In this document: one piece after another, positions 1 to 11,894 of the stretch
Position numbering within the stretch: position 1 is the stretch's first letter
Layout of the letters: every line of letters begins with the position of its first letter
Origin: Paramecium tetraurelia
Taxonomy: Eukaryota
Length of the DNA stretch: 26,185 nucleotides
Assembly (NCBI GenBank): GCA_000165425.1
Contig: CT868044.1
Span: forward strand, 124,001-150,185
Direction of reading: 5' to 3'
Position numbers and translations under genes: made by a program
Notes under the pieces: model-generated
What the model was told of the DNA's origin: nothing
What the model saw: the letters and a program-made list of their open reading frames with translations, nothing else
Databases searched by the model: none

Positions 1-115
1 TTAATTTTACACTCCATAAAATTTATTAATCACCTATTCTTATCTATATTCTTTATTGATTCCAAATTGTATTTTATGTGTATTTATAATTGATAAAAAC
101 ATTTAGTAACAACTA

Positions 116-780
116 ATGATTGTACTCATTAATTTATATGTAATAACCTTTAGAAGAAATAGATTAATTTATTCTTGGCCTCAACACTCAAACAAACAAC
201 TCCTTACTTTGGTCAACCATCAATCAAGACCAATTCCTATTCAATCTACTGCCAATCTAAGAGATTAATCTCCTTAAATCTAGGAGATTAAAGGAAATGT
301 GAAAATGTCTATATTAAGAAAATCACACCCTTGTTGAGTGTAGAAAGAGACAATCTGCTTGATGAGGAAATGCAAGATGATTTGTAACACGATACAATAA
401 AATCACAATATTAATCACTCTAGTTCCTCTGAAGAACTTTCAAATGATAAAAAAGGTGGACTAACAGGATATTTGAGTTCTGCAAATGATTTATTTAGAG
501 AGGAATGCAAAAACAAACGATTAAGATAGAGCGCCAAAAAATCAAGATTGAGGAAGAAGGTTTATTGAATCATCGCAAGATGTCTTAAAAGTTGTTTTAT
601 TCTACAATATTTAGGTATTTACTCCAATTAAACAACAATATTGAAGAATTTGAAATTGGTATAAAAGGAAATGGATGAGACTGTTTGTCAATTTACTCAA
701 TCTTTAACATCTTTGCAATTATTGGAATTCCTTAAAGAAGTAGAGAGATTGCATTATTTTAATAGATCTCTATTATTTTG
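116..780 (+). pseudogene. Possible degenerate bZIP-like gene or pseudogene
   Basis: Frame at about 415-568 reads HSSSSEELSNDKKGGLTGYLSSANDLFREECKNKRLRQSAKKSRLRKKVY then TGA (566-568). SAKKSRLRKKVY resembles a bZIP basic region, but Leu sits at the invariant Asn position and no intact leucine zipper follows. Linking it to an ATG (116 or 138) needs atypically long introns or frameshifts. Confidence 0.3.
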
Positions 781-801
781 ATCATATATATATAAATAAC
801 T

Positions 802-1519
802 ATGGAATTATTAAATAATGAGGAACGAGAACTGCTGGCCAAATACAATAGATATTTGACAAAGGACAAAACCTAAGAACCACTAAAATACTCAGACATC
901 TTTTTAGGGAAACATGATTTAAAGGACATGCCTTAACAGACCAAAGAAAAATAAATTCAAAATTCAAAATTACAAATCAAATCTTCCTCCTCTAATAACC
1001 GTGATTAATTTAAAAGTATAATTAATGAATTGAACAACGTATGCGATTACTTTGATTGTTAGGTTCAAAATAGATAATTGGGAAATATTTTTAAGAGCCA
1101 GTTCTGTTTGTGAGGAAAGCCACAGAGAGCAACAAATTAATTTATTCTGAAAAATAAGTTATCAATGAAAATCCACGGCAAATAACAAATAAGAATTTAG
1201 AGAGACCAGAAAAATAAACAAAATAATAGAAATCGTTGCCGAAAGAGCAAATACAAAAGAAACAAGACAAGAAACCAAAAAAAAATGCCAGAGTATCGAG
1301 TTCATAGTCTACTATTGAAATTTAATAGCAATTTAATGAGTATGATAACAATTCTTAAATTTTAGGAAATTATTATAATAACTCAATAAATTGATCTAAC
1401 TGAAGAAAATAGATAACAAATTTTTTTTCAATTTAATCTCTAAACATGTTAATGAATGCCCTTCCTTTGGTAAAAGAATAAAGGAAGAAATAAAGGAAAT
1501 CTTAAATTAGTTATTATGA
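802..1519 (+). CDS. Hypothetical protein (K/Q/N-rich)
   Basis: ATG 802 MELLNNEERELLAKYNRYLTKDK... open under code 6. One intron near 1039-1073 (boundaries uncertain) and one at about 1340-1365 (gtatg...ttttag). Ends ...KEEIKEILNQLL-TGA at 1517-1519. No recognisable domain. Confidence 0.6.
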
Positions 1520-1709
1520 TTGAATGAATTATTCTGTGTTTGAATTCTATGACTTATAATCTTAAAATAAGACAATCCGTCCTAATCTGATAGACAATTT
1601 AATTTAATTGAATACACCAATTGAAAGAGGATGAAAAAATTAAGAATAATAATGAATGAAAAAAGAAGTAATGTTATAATACACAAATGATTATTAATAA
1701 ACAAATATT

Positions 1710-3403
1710 TCATTGGATTGACATTTACTAAAAATATTTATTTAGGTCTTCTTCTTTGATAACAGGAATTTAAGATTAATCTTCTTCAGACTGCTCTGAT
1801 TTCTATTCCTCTTCATCTAATGTTGGTTTAAATACATTGAATCCATTTGCAGAAGTACTCACTAACATTTCATAATAAATTGGATGATATCTCAATTCTT
1901 TGAGAATCCTTCTATCCTTAATGCACAAACATTAATTAATCTGGAATATCATCAACATTGTTATTTTCATTTTCAACAGCAAAGTCCCAAATGGACAGTT
2001 TGTGATCTTCGGATGATACAGCAATGCTTGAATCACTGTTGGGTTAGAATTAGATAGAGGTAATAGCTTTGTTGTGGAATTGAATTTCAGAAATGGCATC
2101 ATTTTTAGGATATTTCAAGTCCCAAATTTTAAAGCACCCATCATCAGCTCCTGTGGCCACAAGAGTAGCTGATACTTGATTCCATGAGATGACATTAACA
2201 TCGCAATTGTGAGCCTTAACCAAGATCTGAGCTTGCTTATGCTTTCCTTCTCTTGTATCAACAATACATAGAGATCCATCACTAGAACAAGAAGCAAACA
2301 CAAAACTCTCGATTGGGGAGAATTATAAATCTTCAACACTTCCCTTATGATATTCATAAGCTTTATTCTCTCGAATCCAATCATTGTTGTTTAATTGATA
2401 TAAGTAAATCTTTCCATCTGATGAACCACTGATTAAATCACCTAATTTCAAACGACTCCAATCCAATGCAAATCCTTCATGTTAGTTTTTGAATACTTTG
2501 TGGTGTAATTGTGACAAATTAAATTAAGATTATTAATTTGTCAAAAGCTTTTTATATAATGGATTCAAATCTAAAATGCTTACATCTCCATTTTCATTCC
2601 AATAGGCTGCTATGGCTTATCCATTCATAGTTTTAATTCTATTGACTCCACATTTAAGCCCTGTAACACTACTCAAGTGCACTTATCCTTCTTCATCATT
2701 ACTAAGATTGTCATCCTCACTATCATCTTCTGATAGAGAGGCGTCATCATCATCGTATTTAGTTTTGTGCATTTTAGACAATTTCAATAAGTATATTTAA
2801 TTTTTGGTTGGCTATGCTGCTTGAGTTCCAGCTGCCATATACACAGTGTAAGGATACTTGTTCATCTTATGGTATTCCTTATTTTTGTATTGTAATTGTT
2901 CTTCTTCTGTCAACACAAAGTCACAAGACAAACAAGGCCATTCGGTTGTGACTCTATGTAACATATTATAAGCCCTATTATCAAAATCTAAATTTTCAGC
3001 TTCATCATAGAACCACACTCTCTTTTTTGATTCTCCTGAGTCTCCTATTCCATACCCTTCTTCTTTCTCACAAGTTTAGATTATTATCTGTAAGGGTTAC
3101 TATTATTAATTATGTTTATTCTGATGGTTCTTGGGATTATTTCTTCCTTTTGCAACATTTCTTCATCTTCACTATCAATATTGATTTCGCCTTCTTCACT
3201 CTCTAACTAAATTACTTTGATAATTTACCATATTCATCATCAAATTCATCTTCGTATTGAATATGCTCATCTTCCTCCATTTCACTTACATCCTCGTAAT
3301 CAGAATCTATTTCCTGAGTTACATGTGCATTGTCTTCTATTTTACTCTTTTTTTGAATGCATTATTTCAATATTCTTCTTCTTCTTTATGAACGAGATTG
3401 CAT
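1710..3403 (-). CDS. GRWD1: Glutamate-rich WD40 protein, GRWD1/Rrb1-like (ribosome assembly / histone-binding)
   Basis: Acidic N-terminus. YNMLHRVTTEWPCLSCDF and AAGTQA match the CAF1C/H4-binding-like N-domain. WD repeats include EGFALDWS, FASCSSDGSLCIVDTR, AHNCDVNVISWN and ATGADDGCFKIWDL. C-terminal IPDQLMFVHQG...STSANGFNVFKP. Apparent +1 insertion at 1905-1906 and an unresolved frame change at about 3020-3140. Confidence 0.85.
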
Positions 3404-3642
3404 TTATAAATATTAATATCACACATTAAATTTTAATCTCTAAATTGCAAACATTTTCATTATAATAAATTGATGCATTAAATTTATAAATCAGAATGAT
3501 TTCCATCAAAATAATAATGATAAAGTTCGTAATCCTCCATCCCCATCTCTCCTGATTTAATAAAATATATTTCAATTTTAATCTCAACCCCTTAGATGTA
3601 TTCTTAATAATTTAATATTCGACAATAATCTTGTACATTAAA

Positions 3643-4511
3643 ATGAATAGATTATTAATTACTGAATTGGGGGATGCTATGAGAGCAGAATTAATTAAAT
3701 AACAAGAACTCAAACGGTAAAAGACAGTTTTAGTGGCTAGAGATTCACTTCCTGAAGTGAAATAAACTGGAATATTAAACTCATTACTACAAGACATGGA
3801 TGATAATCCATTATATCGTAAGAGCCTTTCAGATGTAGCTTTATTGAATCTTACTAAAGCAGCAAATATTTCCTTAAATGGATCTCAAAGTAAAGATATC
3901 TTGGAATAACATATAAGAGAAGATTTACAAATTCAAAAGAAGAACGACTATCTTAATCATTTTCTCAATAAGCAAGTCGAGAAGATAGTCGATGATAAAA
4001 GTAAATGCTTATGAACTATTAAGCTCTAGATTCCATGACTAAGAGGAGGAGGTATTTGTTAGGCGAATTAAGGAGGATCGAGGTCAAAGAAAGCACCCTA
4101 AACATTAAAAATAGAATTTCAACAGATTAGTCCAGATTGAGTACAATTGTTGAAGACATAGATAGAGAGAACAAATTGATGGCCATCATCAATACAGAAG
4201 GTAAGTTGCTGTAATTGTAAAGGAGATACGATAAAAAGAAATAAGACGATGAAATCTTGAAACAGCAGGTGAAATCTAATTATTCAAAGCACAAGGACAT
4301 AGAAGAAATGCATATTGAGTCTCTCCCAATCTTGAATCAAGAATAATTGGATGAAGGCATTCAAAATTTGTATCACGATACTGATTTGTCTGAACTTCGA
4401 TTTTAATAGAGATTAGTGGACAAACACAAAAAGTTAATCACATAGGTCTGGAAATAACATCACTTTCCAAAAAGAAACAAGAAATGGGTAACCATTTCTA
4501 AATAGTTTTGA
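3643..4511 (+). CDS. Hypothetical helical / coiled-coil-like protein
   Basis: ATG 3643 MNRLLITELGDAMRAELIKQQELKRQK... One 23-nt intron at 4001-4023 (gtaaatg...ttaag). Ends ...NKKWVTISKQF-TGA at 4509-4511. Long frame with no TGA. Confidence 0.7.
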
Positions 4512-4559
4512 CTTGATATCTTATTTATACTATATAAATAAGCAAAGTAATATTATTTA

Positions 4560-5340
4560 TTAAATAAATTAAAATACTCCTTCCCACATTCATTGTCATC
4601 AGAAGCTCATTCATTATACTTTATATTTGGCAATCAATTATAGAAGAATATGATATCTCTTTACATGCATTATCAAAAATGAACCAAATTATAGGTATTG
4701 ACCTATTATCAACTTCCTTGAGGATAAGCAAGCTTCAATATGAGGACAAGAATCTTTTAAAGCGATCATTCGTGAAGTGAATAAGCCAATTTAATGTAAA
4801 ATAATAAAATCTAATCATAAAAGTGACTGCTAATCAAATTTTAATGGGTTTAATCATATGAGGAAAAACATTTCCATTGATTTAACAATTTAGATTAATT
4901 AATATAAGTAGAAGACATTGGTTTATCAAAACTATTAATGAAAAAAAAATAATCAGTAAATAACCATAACCAGCATAAGATCTAAAATAGAACATTCTCA
5001 ATTTCAATTTTAACTATAAATTAAATAATATCAGTATCCTATTAAAGGACAAACAAAAAATCATTAGGTTAAAAACTAGATTAAAGAATTAAATTATTAA
5101 TCTGTCAATTTAAGAAAATTGTGTTAAAAGTGATCCCATCATTGATGAACAAGTGAAAGAAATATAAATAATTTAAACCAAAATTAAGTAGTTAAAAGAT
5201 CACAGAGGGAGATTGATTTAAAATTAAAACTTTTCAAACCACAACATTTAATCAATAGGAGAAGGGTTGGCTAAATTAGATAGTTTGTACAAAAATTAAA
5301 TATACATTGTAAGCAAATTTGTATTAATATCTTATTGAGT
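4560..5340 (+). pseudogene. Possible decayed gene remnant in an unusually long intergenic gap
   Basis: Overlapping TGA-free stretches in shifting frames. 4862-5338 is open with no ATG (...ENCVKSDPIIDEQVKEIQIIQTKIKQLKDHRGRLIQ...). I could not build a clean gene model. Confidence 0.25.
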
Positions 5341-5901
5341 GAAATTACATTATTTCAATATATTCTCTTAAGACCTATTCAAAAATGATAAATCAATCTC
5401 TGAAATATAGTTATCACTATAGAAAGTATAAGTATTAATTTAATATGAATTAGGTATGATATCTGTCTTCATTAAGTGATATTTGTCGTACCAATTAATA
5501 TTTATTATTGCATTAATCATTAAATACTATATAAGAAAAAATAAATTAAATCATTTAATCATTTTAGTATAATCTAAAATAATAATTTAAATTTGTTCTT
5601 AATAATAAAAAGATTGTAATTTATTCTCCAATTTGAAGTATCTTAATTATATCAAACAATATTGCTGTATGTTCTTAGACTTCATACACACACATATTAG
5701 GTTTATCCAATTTAAATATTTCAAAATATGTCTAAATTTGCTTCAATAAAAATTCAAATCCATTAAAAATATAAGGATTTAATTTAGTTTCTAAACACTC
5801 AAAAATTTCAGTGATGCTGTTTTATTTGTAAAATCCTTAATTATTTTCGATCTAATAAATAGTATTATAATTATTAAAAGCAATTAAATAAGTATTAAGA
5901 A

Positions 5902-8350
5902 ATGAGCAAATCTAAACTTTTACTCTAATTTGCTCGTAAGGAGGCAAGACAACAAGAGGATAAGCTTCTAGAGCTGGAGGCTATGAGCAATGTGGAAAAG
6001 GAGATATAGCTTCTTGATAATAATGAGTAAATTCAAATAGCTATAAATAGTGTATGGAAATCGAAGCCCCTCAAGATTATTTAGAAAGTTGCCATTTTCA
6101 TAACAAAAATGAAGCACTTCTCAACCCAATACAGATTTAAAATTTTGAATAAGGACATTTTCAATTTGATACATGATCTTAGCAGTTCATTTCAATACTA
6201 TCTGTATAACCGTCTTTTGAGTTCAGAGCCTACTAAAGTACGATTTTAATATCAATTCATTTTAGTACGGTGAAATAAAGTATGAAGGGAAATAAAACAA
6301 CGCCTTTTGGTGGAGAATATGGGCGTTTCTTAAGAGCAATTAAACAGTTCTCTTGCCAGCAGATAAATTTCTATTTGTTTGGGATGTTATTTTAATGCTT
6401 GTGACAATTGTCAACATTTTGTATGTTCCTCTTCAGTTGTCTTTCGATTTGAATAAGGAACAAATAGGAAGTGCCTATTTATTGTTTAGTACTTTACCAA
6501 GCAGCGTATTCCTGATGGAATTAATTCTAAATTTCTTTAAGGGTTATTATGCAAAGGGAATCCTGCACACTTCCAAGAAGGATATATTTTGGCACTACAT
6601 AAAGGGAGAATTCTTCCTTGATTTGACAGTTGTACTACCGTTCATACTATCTTGGTTCGGATTTTAGTTTGCGAACTACCTAATGTTAATAAGAATGACA
6701 AAAGTAAGAAGAACAATGGTAGTGATTGAGGAAATATCAAATTTCAAGGAAAAGACAGCAGTTATCTATTCTCTATTTTGTTTAATCTACTCTCTCTTAT
6801 TGATATCTCATTTTTGTGCTTGTCTATTTCATTACTTTGCCATTTTGGAAGTGGATCTAGGCTATTCCCATACTTGGTTACATCAACAAGATATTTATGA
6901 AGCTGATGTATATGTGAAGTACTTCACATCTCTTTATTGGGTGACCATAACCTCGATGACAGTTGGATATGGAGACATAGTACCTGTTACTATTCCTGAG
7001 AAAGTATTGGTTACAGGATTTACGTTTGTAGTGGTGGGTACTTTTGGTTATGCATTGGGTATGATATAGAGTATCTTTTCGAAATTGGCAGAATAATAGA
7101 ACATTAATAACTCTAAACTTAGACTTGTGAGTAATCACATAAAGCAAAGGGGGTTGAATACTTAGTTGCAATTTCGAGTGAGGAAATATATAGAATATTA
7201 CTTGTAATTCAAACAGGAAGAAGAATTGGATTTGGATGAATTGATAGGATAGTTGAATCCAAAATTAAAATAAGAAGTCTAAATTGCAATGTATTACAGT
7301 TATTTTAAACAATCTAAACTGTTTGGATAAAATTTATCAGATGATACTTTGAAGAAGTTATGTTATTGCATTCATGAAAAGACGTATGCTCCCGAAGAGT
7401 TCATTATTAAGAAGGATGATCATCCAGATAAGGTGTACATACTCTTGGCTGGAAAGGTGAAGTCAGTGTTATTAGATAGGACAATTAAGAGATATACAAG
7501 TGGAAAGTTGTTTTGTGAAAGAGAATTCTTCTTTTAAGATTATATGTAATTTGATATCGTAGCTTAAACCTTTGTCTAGGTTGCCTATATTACTTAGAAT
7601 GAATTCTTGTCAATTTTACAGAATGACAGAAGTTAATATGAGAAATACAGACTCATTCTTGATAAGACTCAATTTGGAGATTATTCTAATCAAATAAAAT
7701 GTGAGGCTTGTTCTAGTCATCATTAATTTAAACATTGTCCTTTGGTTTTCTTGAGAAAAAACAAAAACAAAGTCATTTCAGTCTACAATAGTAGTGTCGA
7801 TCATTTCAGATAGCCATTTGTTAGACAAAGGAAGAGAAAGAGATATAATGTGCTTCTGGTTAGGGAGAAGGCTTTGGAGCAAATGCTTGATCATCAAAAA
7901 TCAATACCTCAAGTTGACAATAAATTGTTAATCAGATTAGGATTCCCAAAACAAGAGGAGGATGATCTCGACATCCCTGAGTAGACGATTGGATTACATT
8001 CTCAGTAACAATCTCTAAACCAATAGGACATTAAGAATTTATTTAGGAATAAGAGGTTTCAATAGGTGAGCAATAGAAGTCTGTTAATACCGAATAACCA
8101 ATATAATAATTAAGTTTACAATCAAAATTATGAGATCCAGGAGGATCCTAATCCTTAAATCTTAAATAATGATTTGAATATAGACAAAGTGTCAGAGTTT
8201 GAAAAGTACTATCCTCACTTCAATATCACCAAAGTCTCCAAGTTGATAAACAACTCCCATGTTTATAATAAAGTCTTATAGAAGATTAGGGGTCACAAAA
8301 GTAAATTTGTACACTACATAGCTCGTTAAATTATGTACAAAATAGTATGA
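5902..8350 (+). CDS. Voltage-gated-family K+ channel with cyclic-nucleotide-binding-like domain (KCNH/EAG/CNG-like, ciliate-expanded family)
   Basis: ATG 5902 and a 28-nt intron at 6238-6265. S1 FLFVWDVILMLVTIVNILYVPLQLSF, S4 MLIRMTKVRR, pore YFTSLYWVTITSMTVGYGDIVP (GYG filter), C-linker LQFRVRKYIEY, CNBD-like YAPEEFIIKKDDHPDKVYILLAGKV. TGA at 8348-8350. Confidence 0.92.
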
Positions 8351-8482
8351 GTGTGTTTTTATTATAAATTTTAAATGCAGTTGAATCCCAATCATCCTTT
8401 CATATTTTATTAGACCATTCCTATTCTTGTATATAAATATCTTATAAATTAAAATAATTATTATATCATTTAAATAGCCAAC

Positions 8483-9774
8483 ATGGATTAAGGTGCAGAT
8501 GGGTTTTAGATTGTGTTAGATGGTGGATAAGTGGGGTATGCTGTCCAACCAAAGGAAGATTGTCCACATTTTTAGCAATAAGATCTTCACGAATTGTAAA
8601 ACATATGGTAATATAATTTAGAATGAAGTTTACTGAATAACATAGAAATACTTTATTTTCATAGCCATGCGTTTAATGTGGAGATGCTTCTGAGAATTGG
8701 GTATGCATGCATTGTAGAGAGATTCATTGTTCTCGATTTGTAAATTGTATTTAAATATTAATAATTATAGCTCACATGGTCGAACATAACAAAAAAAGTG
8801 GACATCAAATTGTTCTATCGTTAACAGATTTATCATTTTGGTGCTATGATTGTTCCTCCTACATAACGAATTATTTGATTTCCAAAGCAAGTAAATTATT
8901 GTCATCGATCAAATTCAACAATCAAGAAGACAAAAAGGATGAGACGTAGGAAATTAAGCAATTAATTGAGCAAATTTCTAATCTTAAGGTTACGAATGAG
9001 GATGAGTTCACTTATGCAAAGTTAGTTGATGGATTGAAAAATAAGAAATTTTAAAGAGTCTGTGTGTTGGCTGGAGCTGGAATGAGTGTAGCTGCTGGAA
9101 TTCCAGATTTCAGAACTCCTGGGACAGGATTATATTCATAGATATAAAAATATAACCTCCCTAGTCCAGAGAGTGTGTTTGAAATTGAATATTTTAAGAA
9201 AAATCCTGAGGCCTTCTATTGTGTAGCAAAAGAATTCTTACTAAGTTTTGATGCTAAGCCAACTCTAGCTCATAAATTCTTGAAGTTTTTGGATTCAAGA
9301 GGACAATTACTCAAATGTTTTACCTAGAATATCGATGGTTTAGAATTAGATGCCGGAGTCTCTCAAGACAAGGTCATCTAAGCACATGGTCATATGAGAA
9401 CGGCTCGATGCATTGAGTGCTAAGAGGAAGTCTCAATTAAGGATTTCATGAGCCACATAAAAAAGGGGGACATCCATAGATGTGAAAAATGCCCAAAGAA
9501 AGGATTGGTGAAGCCTGACGTGGTATTTTTCGGTGAAGGCCTACCGGGAGAGTTCTTTTATAGTTGGAACTGTCTAAAGGATGCTGACCTGTTAATTGTC
9601 ATAGGGACGAGTCTCAAAGTGATGCCTTTTGCAGCCAGCGTAGCCAAGGTTGGTCCGACCACACCCATAATACTGATAAATAGAGAGAATGTTTTAAATG
9701 GTAGAAAGAATCTATTGCATCTGGATGGGGATATCGAGGAAAACTGTAAGAAACTCCTGTAAGATACAAATTGA
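8483..9774 (+). CDS. NAD-dependent deacylase (class I sirtuin, SIRT2/3-like) with N-terminal ZnF-UBP (BUZ) domain
   Basis: Introns at 8596-8621 and 8747-8770. N-terminal YAVQPKEDCPHF...PCVQCGDASENWVCMHCREIHCSRFVNSHMVEHNKKSGHQIVLSLTDLSFWCYDCSSY. Sirtuin motifs GAGMSVAAGIPDFRTPGTGLY, FTQNIDGLE, AHGH, CIEC...CEKC, KPDVVFFGE, GTSLKVMPFA and LINRE. TGA at 9772-9774. Confidence 0.93.
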
Positions 9775-9857
9775 TGTATAAATTAATAGAATATTACAAT
9801 ATATATAGCATTTATTATCATTTTTGGTATTTTCTATTAAAAATATATACAACACTA

Positions 9858-11894
9858 ATGTCAGAAAAAAATATGATAAAACTTAAATCTTATGTAATAA
9901 ATACTAACCTTGAAATCGGGAGAGGCTAATATGGGGTAGTTTATTAATGCTAAGATACAAATAACCCATAACTGAAATTATGCGCGAAGGTAAACACAAG
10001 TTAACATTGCAGGTTATAAATGAAAGACTTGACGATCCAAAAACAAAGAGAGAAATTGAGTTGATGGGTACGATTATGAAAGAAGCAAAGGGGAACAAAA
10101 ACATAGTCGGAGTTGAATATGTTGATTTCGATGATGAGAGAATTGTACTCATATTGGAAAGATGTGAATGCGATCTCCAATCATTAATTGATAAGAGAAA
10201 GAGACAAGAGCAAAAGAATTTCCATCCTGATGAAGCACTTAATATCCTAAAACAAATTGTGAATGGCTATAAAGTGCTCTATTTCAATAACATTATACAT
10301 AGAGATCTTAAGCCTGCGAATATATTGGTATTAGACGGCTTTTATAAAGTAATAATATTGACAATAGAACTTAGATCTCTGACTTGGGATTGGCTAGATA
10401 AATGGAAAATGGTGGGGTTCTGACAAAAGTGGGAACACCAAAATATGTTGCTCCTTAGTTGTATCTGGAAAATTTCTTTTCAAATTCAGCCGATATTTTC
10501 TCAGTAACATTTATTATGTATAATTAAACAGCTAGGCATCATAACCTATGAATTAATTTTTGGTGGATTGCCTTATGTTGCGAACAGTTAACTTTAAGTC
10601 AAAAAGTCTTTAAGAAATCTAGAAAAGGTTCCAGTTGTGGTTAAATAGGATCATCCAGGAGTAATAATAATGATAAATATTCTAAGATGACTTAAGCGTT
10701 TGCTCTTTTGATTGAAAGCATGCTTAAATTTAAAGAGTAAGACAGAATCAGTTGGTTAGATTTAATGGAACATCCCCTAATATCAGAGGGAAAAGCTGTA
10801 GTAAATTAATCAGGGTAACTAATTATACAATTAAATACAGGTTTATCAAGGATAATCCAAACGAAGAAGATGAGGAAGATGAAGAACCAGTTTAAGAGCA
10901 ATAGAAACCCGCTGAAAGTCCAGTCAACGAATAATAATAATAGGTTCCTTTAAAAACAGTCAATCCACCAATACCCACATTTACTGCACCTGTGTAATTT
11001 CCATAAATGGCTAAACCCATGAATACTATTCCTACCCTCCCTCAGCAATTCTAACCATAGAAGTTTTCTACTCCCCAAAATTTTGTGCCATCTGCAATAA
11101 ACTAACAGAAACCAAATCCATTTCCGAACCCAAGATTTTAATCAGTGACAAATCCACCTTAGGCTGTACCTTAGGCTGTACCTTAGCCTGTATCTAATGC
11201 TGCTCCATCTTTTCCAAATGTACCTTTCAATGCACCAAATGCACCTGTTAACAATGTCGGATAGCCTTTTCAATTTTAATAGGTCCAAGCTCAATCTGAT
11301 TAGTTATATCAAACAGGAGTTGTTGTAGACCAAGCATTAGATTCCTTAGAAAGATTCATGTAATAGTAATAGAATATCCTAGAAACATGCAATTGTCGTT
11401 GAAGTAAGAATGGTATGGATTGAAATTGTACCTTCATTACTATTCACAATGTTTCTTTGAACATGCAAAGGCCCTGAAAGCTTAAGGCTAAAATCCTCCT
11501 TAACAACAGTTTTACACACTGGCCAATGTTGAATAGGCAATAGAGAAACAATAAAGATATCATTAAGTAATATCCCAGGAATTGGATCGACATTAACTAA
11601 ATACTATATATCCTGTTATGCCTATAAATCCAGATTTCAATAGTTATCTACAAAAGTTGAAATAAATTTTATAGAACAAAGGATTGTTCCAATATTCTCC
11701 CGACAAAAAATATTATGTAGAATATTTGCAGTAATAGTATTAATTGAACTTTTAGATTATTGTATTTTTTTGAAAGACTCAAAGATTAGAAAGAGCCTTT
11801 TGAAGATGTCTATTCAACGGCATCTGACACATTCAAGAATTAAAAAGCGGAATCTGTTTTGGTTGATTATCTTAATAAGAGATTCACCCTTTGA
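9858..11894 (+). CDS. Ser/Thr protein kinase (ULK/ATG1-like ciliate group) with P/Q-rich linker and helical C-terminus
   Basis: IGRGQYGVVY, CAK, TKREIE, HRDLKPANIL, ISDLGLAR, VGTPKYVAPQ and DIFSLG motifs. Several short introns, e.g. 9990-10012, 10349-10374, 11360-11382 and 11731-11755. TGA at 11892-11894. The subfamily call is an inference. Confidence 0.88.
11157..11192 (+). repeat. 12-bp tandem repeat x3 within the kinase CDS, encoding PQAV-PQAV-PQPV
   Basis: ccttaggctgta ccttaggctgta ccttagcctgta. Confidence 0.85.

Noticed and set aside
11157..11192. Short tandem repeat as a CRISPR-like or mobile-element signal
   Set aside because: It is an in-frame 12-bp coding repeat without spacers inside a P/Q-rich linker. 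No cas, transposase or reverse-transcriptase motifs were seen in the window.
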